This document shows, one piece after another, positions 40,600-50,303 of a stretch of 64,000 nucleotides of DNA. Both the position numbers and the translations under genes were made by a program. Source of the stretch: a virus. Positions within the stretch are counted from its first letter, which is position 1. Every line of letters begins with the position of its first letter. The notes below the pieces were generated by a model that worked only from the letters and a program-made list of their open reading frames with translations, did no database searches and was not told the origin of the DNA. Where the stretch lies: the IMG/VR virus record IMGVR_UViG_3300036830_000184, positions 7,877 to 71,876 of that record, one strand, 5' to 3'.

Positions 40600-40977
40600 A
40601 TGGGGGTCGATCAACGCGCACTGAACAACGTCTATGCCGGAGCGATTTTCACCAGTTCCCGAGAGGCAGATCTGGACGCGTTCGACATGCTGCCGCCCGC
40701 CCTGCGTTGGGTGGTGAACGAGAACGCGACCAAACTGGCGGCCTATACCGTGCTCCGGCACGCGCACAATCTGGTCGCCGCGGGCATACCGCCGGCCAAC
40801 GCGATCTCGGCGACGATCCGAGAAATCCTAAAATTGGAAGCCGGCGAGATCAGCGTCTTTGCGGGTCGCTATAAGGGCCAGTTCGGCCAAGAGCTTCCCC
40901 ATGCTGCGGCGCGGGCCTCGGTGCAGCGCTATGGCGCTTCGCGGCGCGGGGGGAGTAGGTTGCCGCGCAGGTCGTAG
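40600..40977 (+). CDS. Hypothetical protein (DUF6525-like)
   Basis: DLDAFDMLPPALRWVV. Confidence 0.5.
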   Translation: MGVDQRALNNVYAGAIFTSSREADLDAFDMLPPALRWVVNENATKLAAYTVLRHAHNLVAAGIPPANAISATIREILKLEAGEISVFAGRYKGQFGQELPHAAARASVQRYGASRRGGSRLPRRS

Positions 40978-41008
40978 TGGCCACGGTTTTTCCTCAAAGG
41001 GAAGTGGC

Positions 41009-43270
41009 ATGAGCACGACTTTGAACGGTGCGGCGCCACCGCCGACCGCGCCCGGAACTCCGCTTGCCGCGCTTGCTGCGCTGGGGCCGCCCGCTGCTGG
41101 GTCTGACGACGATCGCGGTCCCATCGATGCGGACGAAACGGCCGCCAGCGTCGAGGAAAAGCCGGGTCTCAAGCATGAGAAGCAACTCACGAACTGGGCC
41201 AAGATGGCCAACATCGCCGACGATCTCGATAGCGGCGAGATCTCGACCTTGGCCGGCATCGTCAAGCGCGAATACGATATCGATGAGAACAGCCGACTCG
41301 ACTACCTCGAAAAATACAAAAAGTGGCTCGACTTCGCCATGCAGGTTGTCGAGGAGAAGACCTATCCGTGGCCACGGGCCTCGAATGTCGTCTATCCGCT
41401 CCTGACCTCGGCCGCGATCCAGTTCGCCGCCCGCGCCTATCCGTCTATCGTGCGTGATAGCGGCGTCGTCAAAGGCCAGGTCGTGGGCGACGACAAGGGC
41501 GAACCGACGCCAGATCCCTCGACCGGCGGCCAACTGATGATAGACGGTCAGCCCCAATGGGTCTCCGCGCCGGGGGCGAAGAAGCACCGCGCCGATCTGG
41601 TCGGCCGGCACATGAGTTGGCAACTCCTGACCGAGCAAGAGGAGTGGGAGCCGCAAACCGACCGAATGCTGGTGGTGCTGCCGATCGTTGGCAGCATGTT
41701 CCGCAAGTCGATGTTCGATCCCAACCTGCGGCGCAACGTCAGCGAGACCATCGACGCGACCCATCTCGTGGTCAACTATCACGCCCGCTCGTTCGAGACC
41801 GCGCCGCGCAAGACCGAGATCATCGAGCTCTACCCTTGGGAGATCGAGGAGCGCATCCGGTCGGAGATCTTTCTCGATGAGGACTACGGCACCGACCAAT
41901 TGCAGAAGGACCAGACCGACCTCGACAGCCCGGTCACCTTTCTCGAACAGCATCGCCGTTACGATCTAGACGGGGATGGTTACGCCGAGCCCTACATCGT
42001 CACCATCGCCAAAGACTCCGGACACCTGGCGCGCATCCGTGCCGGTTATGAGATGGCGGGCGTCGAGTGGACCGACGATGGCCGGGTGCGGCGGATCGAA
42101 CAGGTCGAATATTACACCAAGTATGGGTTTATTCCGTCGCCGGGCTCGAACGTTTACGATCTCGGCTTCGGGCACCTGCTGTATCCGATCAACGAAGCGA
42201 TCAATACCAGCCTCAATCAGATGTTCGACGCCGGCCACCTGCAAAATGTCGGCGGCGGCTTCATCGGCTCGGGGATCTCGCTCAACACCGGCGCGGTCCG
42301 CTTCCAGGTCGGCGAATACAAGCCGGTGAACACCATGGGCGGCACGCTGAAGGACAACATCTTTCCGCTGCCGTTCCCTGGCCCAAGTCAGGTGCTCTTC
42401 GCCTTGGTGCAATTCCTTGTCGAAGCCGGCAAGGAGATCGCCGCGGTCAAGGACATCATGGTCGGCGACATGCCGGGCGACAACACCTCGGGGATCACCA
42501 CGCTGGCGGTGATCGAGCAGGGGCTGAAAGTCTACTCGGCCATCCACAAGCGCATCCATCGGTCGCTCGGCTACGAATTCCGGAAATTGTTCCGGCTCAA
42601 CCGGCTCTATCTGCCGAAGGAAAGCGGCTGGCTCGACGGGGAACTCTGGCGGACCATCACGCGCCAAGACTACAGCATGGCCGGCGGGGTAACCCCGGTC
42701 AGTGATCCGCAGATGGTCACCGACATGCAGCGCATGGGCCGGGCGCAGTTCCTGCTTCAGTTCAAGGATGACCCATTATTCAACGGCAAAGAAATCCGGC
42801 TGCGGATGCTCGATGCCGCCAACATCCCGGACCCCGAACTGCTGTTGGCCACGCAGCCGCCGCAAGATCCGAAGGTGGCGCTGAAGGGGCGCGAACTCGA
42901 CATCCGCCAGGCGCGTGAGACCGCCGATCTGTTGCTGCGCCAGCATCACGACAAGGCGCTGATGGTCAAAGAGATCGCGCAAGCCGAACTGTTCCTTGCG
43001 CAGGCGCGGAAATTGGACAATGACGCGCAACTTGGGTGGGTCGAACAACACCTAGAACGATTGAAGTTGCAGGTAGATGCCGCATTCGGACAAGCCGACG
43101 CCATGGGTGGACAAGGAGACGCCGACCCCTCGACAACCGGAGGTGCCGGATCTGGTCCGGGAGCTAACCTCCCAGCAATTCCAGGCATGGCGGCACCACC
43201 CGGTAACCCTCATGCTGCTGCGGGACTATCTGCCAGCATGGCGCCGGGCCAGGGGCCAACAGGCGCTTAA
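41009..43270 (+). CDS. Portal protein
   Basis: KTYPWPRASNV.YPLLTSAAIQFAARAYP..GSMFRK..DLDGDGYAEPYIVT..YDLGFG; follows TerL. Confidence 0.9.
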   Translation: MSTTLNGAAPPPTAPGTPLAALAALGPPAAGSDDDRGPIDADETAASVEEKPGLKHEKQLTNWAKMANIADDLDSGEISTLAGIVKREYDIDENSRLDYLEKYKKWLDFAMQVVEEKTYPWPRASNVVYPLLTSAAIQFAARAYPSIVRDSGVVKGQVVGDDKGEPTPDPSTGGQLMIDGQPQWVSAPGAKKHRADLVGRHMSWQLLTEQEEWEPQTDRMLVVLPIVGSMFRKSMFDPNLRRNVSETIDATHLVVNYHARSFETAPRKTEIIELYPWEIEERIRSEIFLDEDYGTDQLQKDQTDLDSPVTFLEQHRRYDLDGDGYAEPYIVTIAKDSGHLARIRAGYEMAGVEWTDDGRVRRIEQVEYYTKYGFIPSPGSNVYDLGFGHLLYPINEAINTSLNQMFDAGHLQNVGGGFIGSGISLNTGAVRFQVGEYKPVNTMGGTLKDNIFPLPFPGPSQVLFALVQFLVEAGKEIAAVKDIMVGDMPGDNTSGITTLAVIEQGLKVYSAIHKRIHRSLGYEFRKLFRLNRLYLPKESGWLDGELWRTITRQDYSMAGGVTPVSDPQMVTDMQRMGRAQFLLQFKDDPLFNGKEIRLRMLDAANIPDPELLLATQPPQDPKVALKGRELDIRQARETADLLLRQHHDKALMVKEIAQAELFLAQARKLDNDAQLGWVEQHLERLKLQVDAAFGQADAMGGQGDADPSTTGGAGSGPGANLPAIPGMAAPPGNPHAAAGLSASMAPGQGPTGA

Positions 43271-43380
43271 TGCCTGGATCGACGGCGGCCTAACGCTCAC
43301 GCTCGAACAAGTCGTGCGTGGGCAAATCATGGGTTGCCTGTTCTTGGAGAACTTGAGCTTGGAAGAAATCCAGCAATTCT

Positions 43381-43845
43381 ATGGAGTTGAAACCTAGGAA
43401 GGAAAAAGCCATGGATCTCGCCGACGCGGTCGCAGCCTTTGAGGCCGACTATACCGTCCATGATGCCATGGGGTTTCCGGTGGGTGACTATGACGGGCCG
43501 ATGGACCTGGCGCGGGCTCCCACCGGCGAAAAATACATTTGCCTGACTTCGGGCGGAATAAAAAAGCCAGGGCAGCCCGTGGCTTCGTGGTTTGTTTTCG
43601 AGGAAGAAGCGGTTACGTGGTGGCTCGCCGAGGCGCGGCACTATCGGATCGAGGTGTCAGGCGCGCGGCATCTCTATTGGCGGCATCGGCCCTCTTTGGT
43701 GACAGCGAGTTTTGTCAACGTGCAGCAGGCGGCGGCGCTCCAGGATGATCGCTTGCGCGACAGCCTCTCAGTGGAATTGCGATATGTTTCGTCGTGGCTC
43801 GTATTGTCGGATAAAGACCCGGCCGGTAAGGAGACTGGCACATGA
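43381..43845 (+). CDS. Hypothetical protein
   Basis: 154 aa ORF within the head operon. Confidence 0.55.
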   Translation: MELKPRKEKAMDLADAVAAFEADYTVHDAMGFPVGDYDGPMDLARAPTGEKYICLTSGGIKKPGQPVASWFVFEEEAVTWWLAEARHYRIEVSGARHLYWRHRPSLVTASFVNVQQAAALQDDRLRDSLSVELRYVSSWLVLSDKDPAGKETGT

Positions 43846-44198
43846 GTATTGAAGAAACCGAACGGGCCAGCGTCACCGTCATCAAGCACCACGACCGCCG
43901 CGTCTCGCTCGCTTCGATTGAAACTAAAATTGTCCAACGCTGGGATCGCACGCTCGACTCCATGTTGGATAGCTACCCCGCCAGTGCGCCGGACCCACGT
44001 CTCGCGCATGTCTCGGTCTGCACGCTGCTTCTCGACAACGGCTTTGTCGTCATCGGCATGTCGGCGCCGGTGACAGCGGAAAACTTCGACGCGGGACTCG
44101 GAAAGAAATTCGCTTACGAGGACGCGATCCGCAAGCTCTGGCCCATGGCAGGCTACGCCATGCGTGAGCGCATCTCGGCGGCAATTGGAGAAAGATGA
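43842..44198 (+). CDS. Phage Gp49/66-family protein
   Basis: VCTLLLDNGFVVIGMSAPVTAENFDAGLGKKFAYEDAIRKLWPMAGY. Confidence 0.8.
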   Translation: MSIEETERASVTVIKHHDRRVSLASIETKIVQRWDRTLDSMLDSYPASAPDPRLAHVSVCTLLLDNGFVVIGMSAPVTAENFDAGLGKKFAYEDAIRKLWPMAGYAMRERISAAIGER

Positions 44199-44201
44199 CT
44201 G

Positions 44202-44645
44202 ATGGAAGATCGGACCTTTGTCACCCGTCGTGGCGTCTATGAGCGTGCGCCGTGGGATGGGATCAATCATTCCGGGCTGCGCCCACTCTGCGACATGGTG
44301 TTGGTCCAGGTGGATGGCGGCGCCGAACGCACCTCGGGCGGCATCATGGTCGCCGATCAGACCAAGGAGACCACCTCGCTCGGATCGACCACCGGGGTAT
44401 TGATCCAGTGCGGGCCACAAGCGTTCGCCTATGACGCCGATCGATTGGTGCGCTGGGAGGGCGACCGGCCCAAGCCCGGCGACCGGGTTTGGTTTCAGCG
44501 CTACGCCGGCCAAGAGCATTATGGCGTGGATGGCGAACTGTATCGCTTAATGCGGGACAGCGTCGTCGCCGCGGTAGAGGATCGTGAGATCGAGACCGCA
44601 AGCGAACCCACAACAAGGATCGTCCGGGCCGGAGGGAAAGCATAA
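44202..44645 (+). CDS. GroES-like co-chaperonin
   Basis: LRPLCDMVLV..ERTSGGIMV..GVLIQCGP..KPGDRVWFQRYAG..DGELYRLMRDSVVAA. Confidence 0.85.
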   Translation: MEDRTFVTRRGVYERAPWDGINHSGLRPLCDMVLVQVDGGAERTSGGIMVADQTKETTSLGSTTGVLIQCGPQAFAYDADRLVRWEGDRPKPGDRVWFQRYAGQEHYGVDGELYRLMRDSVVAAVEDREIETASEPTTRIVRAGGKA

Positions 44646-45608
44646 ATGTCGGGATCTGTCCTCGCTCGCCAAGAGGCCGAGCAAGAAACCGGGACCGAGA
44701 AGCCGGCCCCGCCCAGCCTGGACATGAACGATGATGAGGTGAGCGGACTCGCGCGGCGCCTTGGCTGGAAACCACAAAACGAATATCGCGGACCACCGGA
44801 TCGCTGGGTCGATGCCAGGGCGTTTGTCGAGACGGCGGACCGCAATCCAGCGGTCATGTGGTCGAACCTGCAAACCCTCGATAAGCGACACGCCACCCTT
44901 GAGCGCGAGGCCCGCGAGACCAAAACCAAACTCGAACAGGCGGTAACCCTGATCTCGGATTTGACCGAGCAAAGCCGCACGATCGGCCAGCGGGCCTACG
45001 ATCGCGCCCGCCGCGATCTGATCGCCGAGCGTGAAGCGGCAGTGGAAGCCGGCGACAAGGTTGCCTTCGCCAAGGTCGACGGCGAACTGGCCGATCTGGA
45101 AAAGAGCAAGCCGCAGCCGAAGGCTGCCGCGACCTCACCTCCGCAGAACAACCAACCGCCGCCGCCACCGCAGGAAGTGCAAGACTGGGGCAGGCAAAAT
45201 CCGTGGTTCTATTCCGACCTCGAATTGCAGGGCGAGGCCAACGCGCTGCACATGACGCTCCTCAACAGCCGGCCCGATCTCTCCGTGGCTGATAACCTGG
45301 CCACCGTCTCCCGCACGATCAAAGCGCTGCACCCTGAAAAATTCCCAAATCGAGCAGCCGCCACGCCACCGAAACAAGCGAACGGTCACGACGACGGCGA
45401 GGACCCGCCGGTCGGCGAGCGGCCCAGCGCGGTGTCACGCGCCACACCCGGCCGGCCCAAGCGCGATTTCAACTCGGTGCCACGCGAGAGCAAGGCGCAG
45501 TTCAATCGCTATAAAGAAATGATCGGGCGCAAGGACGGCGCAAAACCGTTGACAGAAGCTGAGTGGGCGGCGAATTATTGGGATCAGTTTCCTGAGGACG
45601 GCACTTAA
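44646..45608 (+). CDS. Probable capsid scaffolding protein
   Basis: ARRLGWKP..WVDARAFV, coiled coil, W..NPWF; lies between portal and capsid. Confidence 0.65.
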   Translation: MSGSVLARQEAEQETGTEKPAPPSLDMNDDEVSGLARRLGWKPQNEYRGPPDRWVDARAFVETADRNPAVMWSNLQTLDKRHATLEREARETKTKLEQAVTLISDLTEQSRTIGQRAYDRARRDLIAEREAAVEAGDKVAFAKVDGELADLEKSKPQPKAAATSPPQNNQPPPPPQEVQDWGRQNPWFYSDLELQGEANALHMTLLNSRPDLSVADNLATVSRTIKALHPEKFPNRAAATPPKQANGHDDGEDPPVGERPSAVSRATPGRPKRDFNSVPRESKAQFNRYKEMIGRKDGAKPLTEAEWAANYWDQFPEDGT

Positions 45609-46207
45609 TGTCTTTGCGCGAGATGCTTGCGGCCGAGAGCGCAGACGATAGGCGGTCCGCCATCGCGGCCAAAGAGGGTGCCTCGCTCACCGGCCTCAGT
45701 GGTCACCACGCCGGTATGGACGAACCGATCTTCGGCAAGCGGATCGATCCGACCGTCACGCGCGGTGCGGACCCTGCGGAAGATCCAGCGCCCGCCATCG
45801 CCAATGCGCGCTCGCGGGTTTCTGCCGCTTCCCGCCAGCGTATTCCGTTTGGCGCGGCTGAACTGCGGTTGGCCTATCCGGCGCGCGATGGCTTCCGGCG
45901 GTATTGGTTCAACGATGTGCCGGGCCGGCTGTTCCGCGCCAAGCAGGCCGGATATAGCCACGTCATCGATCCGGCCACCGGTGAAAATGTCCAGCTTGTG
46001 ACGGGACGCCAGGCAGGCGGCCAAGAACTCCGCTCCTACTTGCTGGAAATTCCAGAACAGTGGTATTACGAAGATATGGGCGTCCAGCAAGACGCTTTAG
46101 AGCAACGCCTGTCCGACATTCGGACCGGGCGTGGCGGGCCAGGGGCGGAAGACAACCGCTATGTCCCGCAGCGCGGTATCTACTTCGGGAAGCAGCGCAC
46201 AGCATAG
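45608..46207 (+). CDS. Head-region hypothetical protein
   Basis: GFRRYWFND..GR..AKQAGY..YLLEIPEQWYYED. Confidence 0.65.
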   Translation: MSLREMLAAESADDRRSAIAAKEGASLTGLSGHHAGMDEPIFGKRIDPTVTRGADPAEDPAPAIANARSRVSAASRQRIPFGAAELRLAYPARDGFRRYWFNDVPGRLFRAKQAGYSHVIDPATGENVQLVTGRQAGGQELRSYLLEIPEQWYYEDMGVQQDALEQRLSDIRTGRGGPGAEDNRYVPQRGIYFGKQRTA

Positions 46208-46352
46208 CGCGTCTCCCTCTCTCACCGGGCCTCCGCCAGTAGCCGGAACCCCGCGGGCAAGCAGCCCTTCCGATCAGCACATAGGCTATCTCCGTCGTGC
46301 GCCCATTCCGGTCGTGCGGCTGCAATGAACCTTGCCTCTGCTGGGGGTCTTG

Positions 46353-46949
46353 ATGGCCAACGCGAACACACCCTTCGGGCTTCAGCCTTACGCCTACTCG
46401 TGGGGTGCGCCCTATAACGGCGCCGTCCGGACCTATTATGTCCCCGTGGGCAATGGGACCGCGCTCTACCTCGGCGATCCGGTCGTCATCATCACGGCCA
46501 ATTCCGATGGTAATGGTGTCCAGACCTGCGAAATCGCGACCGCCGGAACGAGCAATGTCATCACCGGCGTCTTCATGGGCATCTCCAACAATGCCGGGCA
46601 GACGACGATCCCGCTGTTGCAGAGCCAGACGCCTTACCTGGCCGCCTCGCAGGCCGCCTACATCTACGTCGCCGACGACCCCAATCTTCTGTTTAAGATC
46701 CAGGAAGACTCGGTGGGCGGCGCGCTGGTCTCCGGCGCCTCCGGACGCAACGCCAGCTTGGTCGCGGGCTCCGGCTCGACGGTCACCGGCCTCTCGGGGT
46801 GGCAGCTTGATAGCTCGACCATCAACACCACCGCGCTTCAAATGCGCATCGTCCAGCTACTTCAGGAAGCGGACAACGCGGTCGGCGTGAACGCCAAATG
46901 GCTCGTCAAAGCCAACCTGAGTTCCTGGAACACGACGACCGGCATCTAA
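46353..46949 (+). CDS. Putative capsid decoration/structural protein
   Basis: MANANTPFGLQP..LYLGDPV..GVFMG..VADDPNLLFKIQ; upstream of the major capsid gene. Confidence 0.7.
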   Translation: MANANTPFGLQPYAYSWGAPYNGAVRTYYVPVGNGTALYLGDPVVIITANSDGNGVQTCEIATAGTSNVITGVFMGISNNAGQTTIPLLQSQTPYLAASQAAYIYVADDPNLLFKIQEDSVGGALVSGASGRNASLVAGSGSTVTGLSGWQLDSSTINTTALQMRIVQLLQEADNAVGVNAKWLVKANLSSWNTTTGI

Positions 46950-47830
46950 CGAGAACCAATATGCTCGCCGGCTCTCCTTGCGTCTTCGGTCTGCAACCAT
47001 TCAACCGGGTCCCGGTCGGACTTGGACTGGTTGCAGGGGCGGCACAGCAGTTGGATGTTCGTGATCCAATTCGTGCCATTCCGCGCCAACGGCATGATGT
47101 GGTCTTCGTGGTAGCCACCGCACAGCGAGGTGCCACACCACGGGGCCGCGCAGCCATGGTCTTGCTTGATCAGCAGATCGGCAACCTCGGCTGCCGTGTG
47201 CGAGCCTTCGGAGCCAGCCTCGCGGGCGCGGCGGTTGGCCTCGTGTTGGCGAAGGAGCGGGCGGTTCGCTTTGCTCCAAACCTTCATCTTCGCGGCGATG
47301 GTGACCTTGTTGGCGGCGCGATGCCGCCTCGTCCGAGCGCTAACCGCAGCCGCGTTCTCGGTCTGATAGGTCTTTACCTTGGCGATCACCTCGGTTTGGT
47401 GGCGCAGGTAGGACGCAGCCTTCTGGGCTTTGACCGCGCCACCTCGGGTTTGGCGGACGATCGCCCGCGCCTCCCGGTGGCAGGTGAGGCACTCCTTACC
47501 GTTGGTCCTACGTTTGGACAGGTGACCATTCACGCACCGGATGCCGGTGAAATAGTGGGGCAACCCGAGAGCCTTCGCATCTCGGCGCGAGACGATCTTG
47601 TCGGTCTCCTCGGGGATCGGCGCGTTGGCCAGGCGCTCAATGCGGGCTGGATCTCTGGCGCGATGGTTCGCCGTGTTTTCGCGGGCGCACGAGAGGCAAG
47701 CACCTCGGAGCGTCCATTTGGCGACGTGCCCACGTATGCACGGAATGCCCGTGAAGAAGTGCTTGAGGCCAGCGGCCTTAGCATCCACACGGGAAATGAT
47801 CGCCGGCATCTCGCTCGGTCTGGTCATCAC
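46946..47830 (-). CDS. HNH homing endonuclease with two zinc-ribbon repeats
   Basis: Two repeats ISR.DAKA.GL.H(F/Y)FTG..C..GH...CL.C, plus C-terminal HEDHIMPLARNGTNWITNIQLLCRPCNQSK. Confidence 0.88.
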   Translation of the reverse strand: MMTRPSEMPAIISRVDAKAAGLKHFFTGIPCIRGHVAKWTLRGACLSCARENTANHRARDPARIERLANAPIPEETDKIVSRRDAKALGLPHYFTGIRCVNGHLSKRRTNGKECLTCHREARAIVRQTRGGAVKAQKAASYLRHQTEVIAKVKTYQTENAAAVSARTRRHRAANKVTIAAKMKVWSKANRPLLRQHEANRRAREAGSEGSHTAAEVADLLIKQDHGCAAPWCGTSLCGGYHEDHIMPLARNGTNWITNIQLLCRPCNQSKSDRDPVEWLQTEDARRAGEHIGSR

Positions 47831-47965
47831 CTGAAGTCCTATCCGGTTCGATCACGCACAGTAACGCGGCCACCGAACGGTTCTCCAATCAGATTTTGTT
47901 CAACGATCAATGCCGGGCGGCCAGTGGCTTCGCCAAGTATTGCTTCACTATAGGAGAAGTATAAA

Positions 47966-48874
47966 ATGGCCGTTATTACCACGGGGTCACATCCTAAGGC
48001 ACTTTGGCCGGGTATTCGCGCGTGGTGGGGCAGAAGTTACGATGAACACGTGCCAGAATACCCGGATCTATTCGAGACGGATACTTCGGACAAGGCTTAC
48101 GAAGAGGAAGTCGAAATCACCGGGTTCGGCCTGGCGCCGGTCAAGCCGCAGGGGTCGCAGATTTTCTACGACACCGAAGTGCAAGGCCCGGTCAGCCGCT
48201 ACACGCACGTGGCGTATGCCCTCGGGTATATCGTTACCTACGAAGAATTAAGAGACGATCTCTATGAGGTGGTCTCCAAGCGACGTGCCCAGCAGTTGGC
48301 GTTCTCGATGCGCCAGACCAAGGAAAACGTCCTGGCGGCGATCTACAACCAGGGCTTCAATAGCTCCTTCCCCGGCGCCGATGGCGTGGCCCTGTTCTCG
48401 GCCTCGCATCCGACCCTCTCCGGCAACCAGTCGAACTTGCTGACCGTGGCTGCGGATTTGTCGGAAATCGCGGTCGAAGACCTCTGCATTCAAATAATGC
48501 AAACCACAAACAACCGTGGCATGAAGATCAGCGCGCTGCCACAGTCGCTTCATCTGCCGCCGCAGCAGTGGTTCGAGGGTAATCGCATCCTTCATTCTGT
48601 GTTGCAGAGTGATACCGCGAACAACAACATTAACGTGTTGCGCGCCACTGGTGCCTTCCCCAAGGGTATCAAAGTCAACCATTACTTCTCGTCAGGGACG
48701 GCGTGGTTCATTCGGACCAACATCCCGCGTTCGATCCAGTATTTCGAGCGCGATCGGATCAGTTTTGATCAGGATAACGACTTCGATACTAAGAACGCCA
48801 AGGCGGCTTGCTATGAGCGGTATTCCGCTTACTGGTCGGATTGGCGCGGAGCCTACGGGACGCCTGGGGTTTAA
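47966..48874 (+). CDS. Major capsid protein
   Basis: Strong SD AGGAG; 302 aa; SDKAYEEEVEITGFGLAP..YALGYIVT.E..DGVALFSASHP..DFDTKNAK..ERYS..DWRG.YG. Confidence 0.9.
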   Translation: MAVITTGSHPKALWPGIRAWWGRSYDEHVPEYPDLFETDTSDKAYEEEVEITGFGLAPVKPQGSQIFYDTEVQGPVSRYTHVAYALGYIVTYEELRDDLYEVVSKRRAQQLAFSMRQTKENVLAAIYNQGFNSSFPGADGVALFSASHPTLSGNQSNLLTVAADLSEIAVEDLCIQIMQTTNNRGMKISALPQSLHLPPQQWFEGNRILHSVLQSDTANNNINVLRATGAFPKGIKVNHYFSSGTAWFIRTNIPRSIQYFERDRISFDQDNDFDTKNAKAACYERYSAYWSDWRGAYGTPGV

Positions 48875-48888
48875 CTCCGGCTGTATTG

Positions 48889-48921
48889 AAAAAGGGGCGG
48901 TGGGAGTGATCCCAGCCGCCC
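48889..48921 (-). terminator. Rho-independent terminator (minus strand)
   Basis: Minus strand GGGCGGCTGGGA-TCAC-TCCCACCGCCCC then TTTTT, convergent with the capsid gene end. Confidence 0.75.
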
Positions 48922-48922
48922 T

Positions 48923-48977
48923 TCCCCTTGCGTCTCCCGGCCAGACCTCTCGTCGCCTAGCCGTGCCACGCCATGCC
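48923..48977 (-). repeat. Single pentamer unit A5 after the lysozyme gene
   Basis: GGCAT GGCGT GGCAC GGCTA GGCGA CGAGA GGTCT GGCCG GGAGA CGCAA GGGGA: 11 in-phase units followed by the terminator. Confidence 0.8.
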
Positions 48978-48990
48978 GCCAGCAGTCTGC

Positions 48991-49470
48991 TTAGGCTTCC
49001 TCGGTGGCGTCAACCGCCGGTGCCACGCCATACTGCATGATGTTCATGCACCGGCCGGCGCGGGCTGGGGTCTCCTTGAACCATAGCGAGGCCCGCCCGG
49101 CAGCCGCGGCGGCGATGTAGTCTTTGCGCTCGATGGCGGCGATCATGTCGTGGAAATCGAGCAGCCCCTGCAAACCGAGTTGGTGGCGCATGTTGACGAC
49201 AGCGCGCTGGCGGATGTCATCCAGGCCGACGAACCACGGTCGCGGCGATAGCTCGCGCTCGTAGCGGTTTAGGTCATTGTCAGCGAGCGCGTAGCTTTCC
49301 GCCGAGGACAGCCCGCCGGGCCAATCCAGCCGCCGGCCGATGCCGATGGTGGGGTAGCCGATCAGGGTTGAGCCTTTGGTGATCGGCTTGCCGGTCGCGT
49401 CGTCATAGACCTGCGGCTCTAGCTTCTCGTCCCGGACAAGCTCGCGCGTCATAGCTTCGCGGTCGAACAT
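48991..49470 (-). CDS. Lysozyme/endolysin (T4-like, GH24)
   Basis: LVRDEK..VYDDATG..GYPTIGIGR..RQRAVVNM..SLWFKETPARA. Confidence 0.85.
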   Translation of the reverse strand: MFDREAMTRELVRDEKLEPQVYDDATGKPITKGSTLIGYPTIGIGRRLDWPGGLSSAESYALADNDLNRYERELSPRPWFVGLDDIRQRAVVNMRHQLGLQGLLDFHDMIAAIERKDYIAAAAAGRASLWFKETPARAGRCMNIMQYGVAPAVDATEEA

Positions 49471-49499
49471 CTCGGCTCCTGCAAGGTGGCCGGATAATC

Positions 49500-49780
49500 C
49501 TGCGCCACCTTGCCGAGTCGCACCGAGCCAGTGACTCGGAGCCTAGAGATGCTACGCGTTGCCCGCCGAGCGATGCGGCTCGTTGAGGCACGAAGCACAC
49601 CTTGCCTAGCCTGCCCTGCCTTAGCCGGCCCTGCCGGACCCACCTGGAGCCGCCGGGATGTGCCTGCCCTACCAGTCGTACGGAGCCGTGAAGTGCTCCG
49701 ATGCGCGTTACCTGCCGCGCACAGCAGTGCCGAGTGATGCGAAGGTCCGCCGACGAAGCGATCCTTGCCTGCCATGCCAT
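49500..49780 (-). repeat. Pentamer array A6 upstream of the lysozyme gene
   Basis: Minus strand: hairpin GTCCC..GGGAC, then GGCAT GGCA GGCAA GGATC..., with ~5 segments delimited by GGCAGG/GGCGGG. Confidence 0.8.
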
Positions 49781-49842
49781 TGTCCCGCCGATAGGGACGG
49801 TCTAAAGCCTATGGCCGCCCACCAATCGGGGAAAATCAATTT

Positions 49843-50214
49843 ATGTATATTGTGCGCGTTATATTCCGAACCGGCACGGTATTGGACTTCAATTTCAGCG
49901 ACTTTGGCGTTGCCCAACGGACGATCGACGCGATCACCGAGCGGCGTTGCGAGGGCAGCGACGTGAAGATCATGGACGAAGGCGGACGCGACTATCGCTT
50001 CTCCGGCGCTGATCTTCTGTCCGAAGGCTTGATCGACATCGCCCGAGAGACCGCCGCCGTGGTGCGACTCGGTATCCTGATCAATCAGGCCGGCGCGGAG
50101 ACCAAGATGCGCGAGGGCGTTATGGACGAGCCGGCACTGCCACCCCCGAACGCACTCGGGTCACTGTTGCCCGACGAAGGCCGCACCAAGCGAGTGCCGC
50201 GCTTCTCCGCATAA
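49843..50214 (+). CDS. Hypothetical protein
   Basis: 123 aa ORF divergent from array A6. Confidence 0.55.
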   Translation: MYIVRVIFRTGTVLDFNFSDFGVAQRTIDAITERRCEGSDVKIMDEGGRDYRFSGADLLSEGLIDIARETAAVVRLGILINQAGAETKMREGVMDEPALPPPNALGSLLPDEGRTKRVPRFSA

Positions 50215-50303
50215 GCTGCGGTTGCACAACAGCCCCTGCCTGCATATTCTGCGCCCGACCGCGCGAGCAGCCGGCGTCTCCCATTCTATGGAGTGCCCTG
50301 CAT

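Noticed and set aside
46898-47953. 351-aa plus-strand ORF, or an intron, upstream of the capsid gene
   Set aside because: It is the antisense shadow of the HNH gene. The flanking genes look complete, so no splicing is needed.
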